A DNA stretch of 48,856 nucleotides, filler included, from Somniosus microcephalus (taxonomy: Eukaryota), in assembly GCA_052327205.1 (NCBI GenBank). It is 2 parts of 2 records of this genome, joined end to end, with 100 filler letters (N's around TTAATTAATTAA, not from the genome) between each part and the next. Parts side by side here need not be neighbours in the genome. Positions count along the whole stretch, not along the records: positions 29,472 to 48,856 come from CM126207.1; 1 more part is not named here. One strand, written 5' to 3'. Below, one piece after another: positions 48,052 to 48,856 of the stretch. The position numbers and the translations under genes were made by a program. The notes under the pieces are model-generated. The model worked only from the letters and a program-made list of their open reading frames with translations, was not told the DNA's origin and made no database searches. Each line of letters begins with the position of its first letter. Positions within the stretch are counted from its first letter, which is position 1.

Positions 48052-48429
48052 GGGCCCCGTTTTTAACGGTTCCCACCTGGCGGAAGCCTAGCAGTTAAAA
48101 AATAAGGCGAGTCACTTATCCCCTCTGATCCTACTACCTTTCCACCGTGTCCCAATCTTAACCTGCTGTTTTGAGCATGCGAACAGGACACCTGCAGGAA
48201 GGAAGCGGGTCCTCCGTTAAATATGCAGGCCGGGTCCGATGCTGTAACTGCGGGCTATTTCTCATCACCTGCTAACAACAAGCTTCCACTGGCGAGCCCA
48301 ACCCGGGCTGGGAGCTCACTGCAAATAATTCACATCGTTGATCCTGTGATGTTGGTCTTGCGTGAATTCAGCATGCACAAGGCTCACTTGGCCTTGGTGC
48401 TGAACCGCCAGGATTGGAAAAAATGGCCC
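48052..48429. mobile_element. Harbinger-like MITE, degenerate
   Basis: GGGCCCCGTTTTT..CCTGGCGG / CCGCCAGG..AAAAAATGGCCC. Confidence 0.5.
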
Positions 48430-48614
48430 TAATGTGTTTGATGCCAGATTTCCACCTGCCTATAAACTTTTGCGTGTGGTATTATAGGTAACATCTTTTG
48501 TGCCTGTGACTTGATCATAAGAGGAATTTGAGGGGAACGATGCATTTCAAAATGCTCTGAAGATGTATTAATGACACCACAATTTGCAGATATTGTTATT
48601 GTCATGCCTGCGAG

Positions 48615-48856
48615 CAACTTAAAATTTGAATGCTGAAAGCATCCCAAGACACTTTACAGAGGGAAAGAAAACAATAGGAATATACAGATAAGGAAACAGA
48701 TGGTGAGCTACGGAGTGAGAGATTAGGATAAATTACCAAAGGTTTGGTCAAAAGATGGGCTTTAAAAGGTGGAATGAGAAGAGAGGTAGAGGGGTTTAGG
48801 GAAGAAATTCTGGAGAATAAGACCAAGAAGCCTGAAAGATGTACTGCCAATGGTAG
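48615..48856 (-). mobile_element. L2-type LINE 3' remnant
   Basis: Reverse complement resembles the 3' end of 44800-45194 (FKAHLLTK; GTAAAGTGTCTTGGGATG). Confidence 0.65.

Overview
Eukaryotic vertebrate DNA, most likely from a cartilaginous fish, judging by HE1-type V-SINEs, HER1/CR1 LINEs and Penelope-like elements. Two segments are joined by a 100-bp artificial spacer (N44-TTAATTAATTAA-N44, 29372-29471). The left segment is GC-rich, and roughly 13 kb of it is minisatellite. It carries three consecutive in-frame minus-strand exons of the Rieske cholesterol 7-desaturase neverland/DAF-36; its first and last exons were not found in the window. The most striking feature lies in the presumed upstream intron: a ~4.35-kb composite insertion (19872-24222) that splits a Penelope-like element. 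It consists of a 30-bp GC-rich VNTR, a promoter/5'UTR-like stretch, an intronless N-terminal JKAMP coding segment, an unrelated GC-rich body and an AATAAA+(TTGAAA)n LINE-type tail. This architecture resembles an exon-trapping, SVA-like retroposon. The right segment is AT-richer and has no recognisable gene. It holds CR1/L2 remnants, HE1 SINEs, many Harbinger-like MITEs and a Tigger-like MITE containing a VNTR. Most long ORFs in the track are repeat artefacts or LINE RT fragments. All family assignments are from pattern recognition; no database search was run.
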